Assembly (NCBI GenBank): GCA_002269645.1
Contig: NIVC01000337.1
Location: 372,001-436,000, forward strand
Direction: 5' to 3'
DNA from: Macrostomum lignano
Lineage: Eukaryota
DNA length: 64,000 bases
Shown here in pieces: positions 60,511 through 64,000 of the stretch (position 1 is its first letter; every line of letters starts with the position of its first letter). A program made the position numbers and the translations under genes. The notes beneath the pieces were generated by a model, which searched no databases, was not told where the DNA came from, and worked only from the letters and a program-made list of their open reading frames with translations.

Positions 60511-60512
<2 letters not shown>

Positions 60513-61289
60513 CCCCGGGGCGCTGGGGGTTCTGCGCGCTTGCGCGCTTACTCGCGCGCAGGACTCGCGCAACTCACCCCCCTGTTCCCTCTCTCGGGGG
60601 GAGGGGAGATTATTTATAAGGCGATATTTAGCGAGTGAAAACTGGGGGCTGGCTGTCTCGGACAGAACATGCAGGCGGCGGCAGGGGATTTAACTAATCT
60701 CTGCAGAGAGACCCGGGAGCAAACAGAGGGAAGCCCTAAGTGGTTTGGGTTTGCCGTGGCAGCTCGAACTCGGAAAACATCACGGACCAGGAGGGGGGGT
60801 GGTGGTTCGGACTCAGAGCTCACACAGCTCAAGAGAGCCGCCTGAATTACAATAGGAAATATTGGCGATAGGAGAAATTGGAGTTCATTGTTGCCAGGCT
60901 CAGCTTCAGCGAGAACCGATGAGGGTCGGGAGGTGGGGGACAAGTCAGTTCATCTCGATCGGGTATTGAGGCCTTTCAAATAAATAAGTCTTTGTTTAGA
61001 ACGGCATTTTGCTGAGTCTTTGTGTTTTTTGTGGCTTTATTAAGAAAAAAGTTGCAATTTCGCGTTAATATCCCTGCATATCAAGGCTGTGAGGCAATTG
61101 GACCCCTACTGTTCCATTGAGCAATTTATCGACAAGAATATCTATTGGGAGTATTGGGGTGGGGACTGCAGGCTGAGTATCCGGGTCGGTGCCGACTATT
61201 AGACCGTTGAGCGCTGGCCTGATTGAAGTCGGCGCTGAATTTTGGCGCTACGAAAGCTACCTTTTTGGCGCTTAAAACATTAAAGGTTT

Positions 61290-62330
61290 GGCGCTAATGA
61301 AAATTAATGATTTGGCGCCAATGACATTAATGATTTGGCGCTAATGAAATTAATGATTTGGCGCTAATGACATTAATGATTTGGCGCTAATGAAAATTAA
61401 TGATTTGGCGCTAATGACATTAAAGGTTTGATGCTAATGAAACTATTGATTTGGCGCCAATGACATTAATGATTTGGCGCTAATGACATTAAAGGTTTGG
61501 CGCTAATAACATTTAAGGTTTGGCGCTAATGAAATTAGTGATTTGGCGCTAATGACATTTAAAGATTTGGCGCTTAAAACATTAAAGATTTGGCGCTAAT
61601 GAAAATTAATGATTTGGCGCTAATGACATTAAAGGTTTGATGCTAATGAAACTATTGATTTAGCGCCAATGACATTAATGATTTGGCGCTAATGACATTA
61701 AAGGTTTGGCGCTAATAACATTTAAGGTTTGGCGCTAATGAAATTAGTGATTTGGCGCTAATGACATTTAAAGATTTGGCGCTTAAAACATTAAAGATTT
61801 GGCGCTAATGAAAATTAAAGGTTTGGCGCTAATGACATTAAAGGTTTGATGCTAATGAAACTATTGATTTAGCGCCAATGACATTAATGATTTGGCGCTA
61901 ATGACATTAAAGGTTTGGCGCTAATAACACTTAAGGTTTGGCGCTAATGAAATTAGTGATTTGGCGCTAATGACATTTAAAGATTTGGCGCTTAAAACAT
62001 TAAAGATTTGGCGCTAATGAAAATTAAAGGTTTGGCGCTAATGACATTAAAGGTTTGATGCTAATGAAACTATTGATTTAGCGCCAATGACATTAATGAT
62101 TTGGCGCTAATGACATTAAAGGTTTGGCGCTAATAACATTTAAGGTTTGGCGCTAATGAAATTAGTGATTTGGCGCTAATGACATTTAAAGATTTGGCGC
62201 TAATAACATTAAAGATTTGGCGCTAATGAAAATTAAAGGTTTGGCGCTAATAACATTAAAGGTTTGGCGCTTATGATATTGAAGATCTGGCGCTAATGAT
62301 ATTGAAGATCTGGCGCTGAAGATCTACTGA
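61290..62330. repeat. ~23-bp minisatellite (TTTGGCGCTAATGACATTAAAGG) organised as a 209-bp higher-order repeat
   Basis: The marker variant ATGCTAATGAAACTATTG recurs at 61431, 61640, 61849 and 62058. Confidence 0.95.
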
Positions 62331-63249
62331 AGATCTACTGATGTTTTTGGCGCCAAAACGCAAAGTTTTTTAGTCCAGCATCCGAGAGCATGCTGCTTCA
62401 TCAACTCCCCCAGTCGGTGCCGATCAGTTTACCAATTTCCTGCCAGGAAAATTTCCTGGAAAACCGAAACCTTGAATACTAATCTATTTTTATCCCAGAT
62501 CAGCATATTAACGCTAGGATCTTGCATGAAAAGTCTGGAAATGCAACACAGCCCCCCGCACCCCGCTGTCCACTCCGATGACCTCGGCTGTCCGGAGCCG
62601 CTGTGAGGCGCGCGGGCAGTCGGGACTCGGGCTGGCTGACCAATCAATTCCCTCACCAGCGCTCTGCCTGGCTTCTCAACCTCCCCCAAGCTGCCACTTC
62701 AGGCCAGTCAAGGCGCTCTCAGAGAAGTCTCAAGAGTCCCCCCCCGCCCGCTGACCAACTCAACTTGCTGGCTAAAACCGTGGGTTATTTTGGTGGGCCT
62801 TTCGCCAACTGAATGCATTTGGGGGGGGGGGACTGAAGGATTGGAGGAAAACTTTCGCTTTTGCCAATTTTCTTCAACTTCTCCCTCACAGCAAGCACCT
62901 GGGGGACGGTGAAGAGGGGGGCGGCGGCCTCTCCCGGCCACTCGAGGGTCCCCGGGGCCGGTGAAGTGCCTTCATTTGTTGCAGAAGTGTGGTCCTGGGC
63001 AGGCAGCAGCAGCAGCAGAGGGCGGGGGGACAAGAGACCCCCGCCCAGAAATTTGGCCACTTTGATAGCCAAGGGAGTTCGGGGCTGTTGACCCGCCCGC
63101 TTTCAAAATACTTGGGCGGCGGAAGTTTCAATATTTTCTGAGAAAATTGCCTTCCGGAGCGATTGGGCTGCTAATCTTTATTAGCCAGGACTGAAGATTT
63201 CCCAATGGCGGGGATGTCAATCATGCTAAGGGAAAGTTTGTTGCCAGAA

Positions 63250-63630
63250 GACACACAGATCATCAAGTCAGACGGACATGCCAGACACACAGACCATCAA
63301 GTCAGACGGACATGCCAGACACACAGACCATCAAGTCAGACGGACATCTCAGACACACAGAACATCAAGTCAGACGGACATGTCAGACACACAGACCATC
63401 AAGTCAGACGGACATGCCAGACACACAGAACATCAAGTCAGACGGACATGTCAGACACACAGATCATCAAGTCAGACGGACATGCCAGACACACAGACCA
63501 TCAAGTCAGACGGACATGCCAGACACACAGACCATCAAGTCAGACGGACATGCCAGACACACAGAACATCAAGTCAGACGGACATGCCAGACACACAGAA
63601 CATCAAGTCAGACGGACATGCCAGACACAG
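63250..63630. repeat. 34-bp minisatellite (CATCAAGTCAGACGGACATGCCAGACACACAGAC) x ~11
   Basis: Direct; 34-aa period across three units. Confidence 0.95.
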
Positions 63631-64000
63631 TGTATTATTAAAGGGGATACCGCCGTGAGAAATCGGCCGATCAGAAATCGGGAACAAAATCCGAAATCCC
63701 GCACGCGGCAAATATTTGACCCCAGCCGGACCTCCGGCCTCGCGGCCTTGCATTTCCGATTGACTTCGCCAGCGAACCGCCAGCCCCGGCCACGTGCCCG
63801 ATGGCGGGCAGGAGGCTGGAGTGACACTCGCTGGCTGGCTTTCAGCGCACAAGACGAGCCCCCGCGCCCAGCTGCTGCAGGGCGATCGAAATTCTCCAAG
63901 CAGTCTGGGGGGGGGCGGAGCCGCTAATTGAGGCTGGCGACCCCCCCCCCTCACCAGAGAGCCGAAAAACAATGCAAATTAGGGGGGCTGAAGGCAAACA

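Noticed and set aside
3451-63630. CRISPR-like appearance of 24-34-bp repeats
   Set aside because: Units are head-to-tail with no unique spacers, there are no cas genes, and the context is eukaryotic.
3343-63927. Long repetitive ORFs (e.g. 4564..5502, 29843..30817, 31383..32568, 38623..39618, 40001..40690, 47330..48703, 63205..63927)
   Set aside because: Each coincides with a stop-free tandem array open in several frames and on both strands, with no non-repeat domain, signal or splice support. 20533..21669 is the exception and was kept.

Overview
This is eukaryotic (animal) genomic DNA, with spliceosomal introns, an NK2 homeobox gene and a nuclear mitoribosomal gene. The minisatellite-saturated, compact-gene style resembles a free-living flatworm such as Macrostomum, but that is inference and cannot be verified here. 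The left ~30 kb is gene-dense and dominated by small secreted or single-pass membrane genes. These are: an LRR receptor with no TIR domain (missed by the ORF track because it runs off the window), two inverted paralogous poly-Cys membrane proteins with an identical intron position, a PAN + C-type lectin, a 3-exon N-anchored protein of unknown family, a GT32 glycosyltransferase, an Arg/Pro/Tyr repeat membrane protein with a distant short paralog, and MRPL36. The same half holds Gypsy and LINE relics, tRNA-derived SINEs, a hAT MITE (8-bp TSD) and a foldback/Mutator-like element (9-bp TSD). In the right ~32 kb the only gene I can support is a 3-exon NK2.1 homeobox gene, set in a long non-coding landscape rich in G/C tracts. 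About 25 unrelated tandem arrays (by hand sum roughly 18-19 kb, ~29% of the window) generate most of the long ORFs in the track, and these are artefacts. There are no CRISPR arrays, rRNA genes or intact tRNA genes. All splice models were derived by hand from GT/AG signals and frame continuity and lack transcript support.
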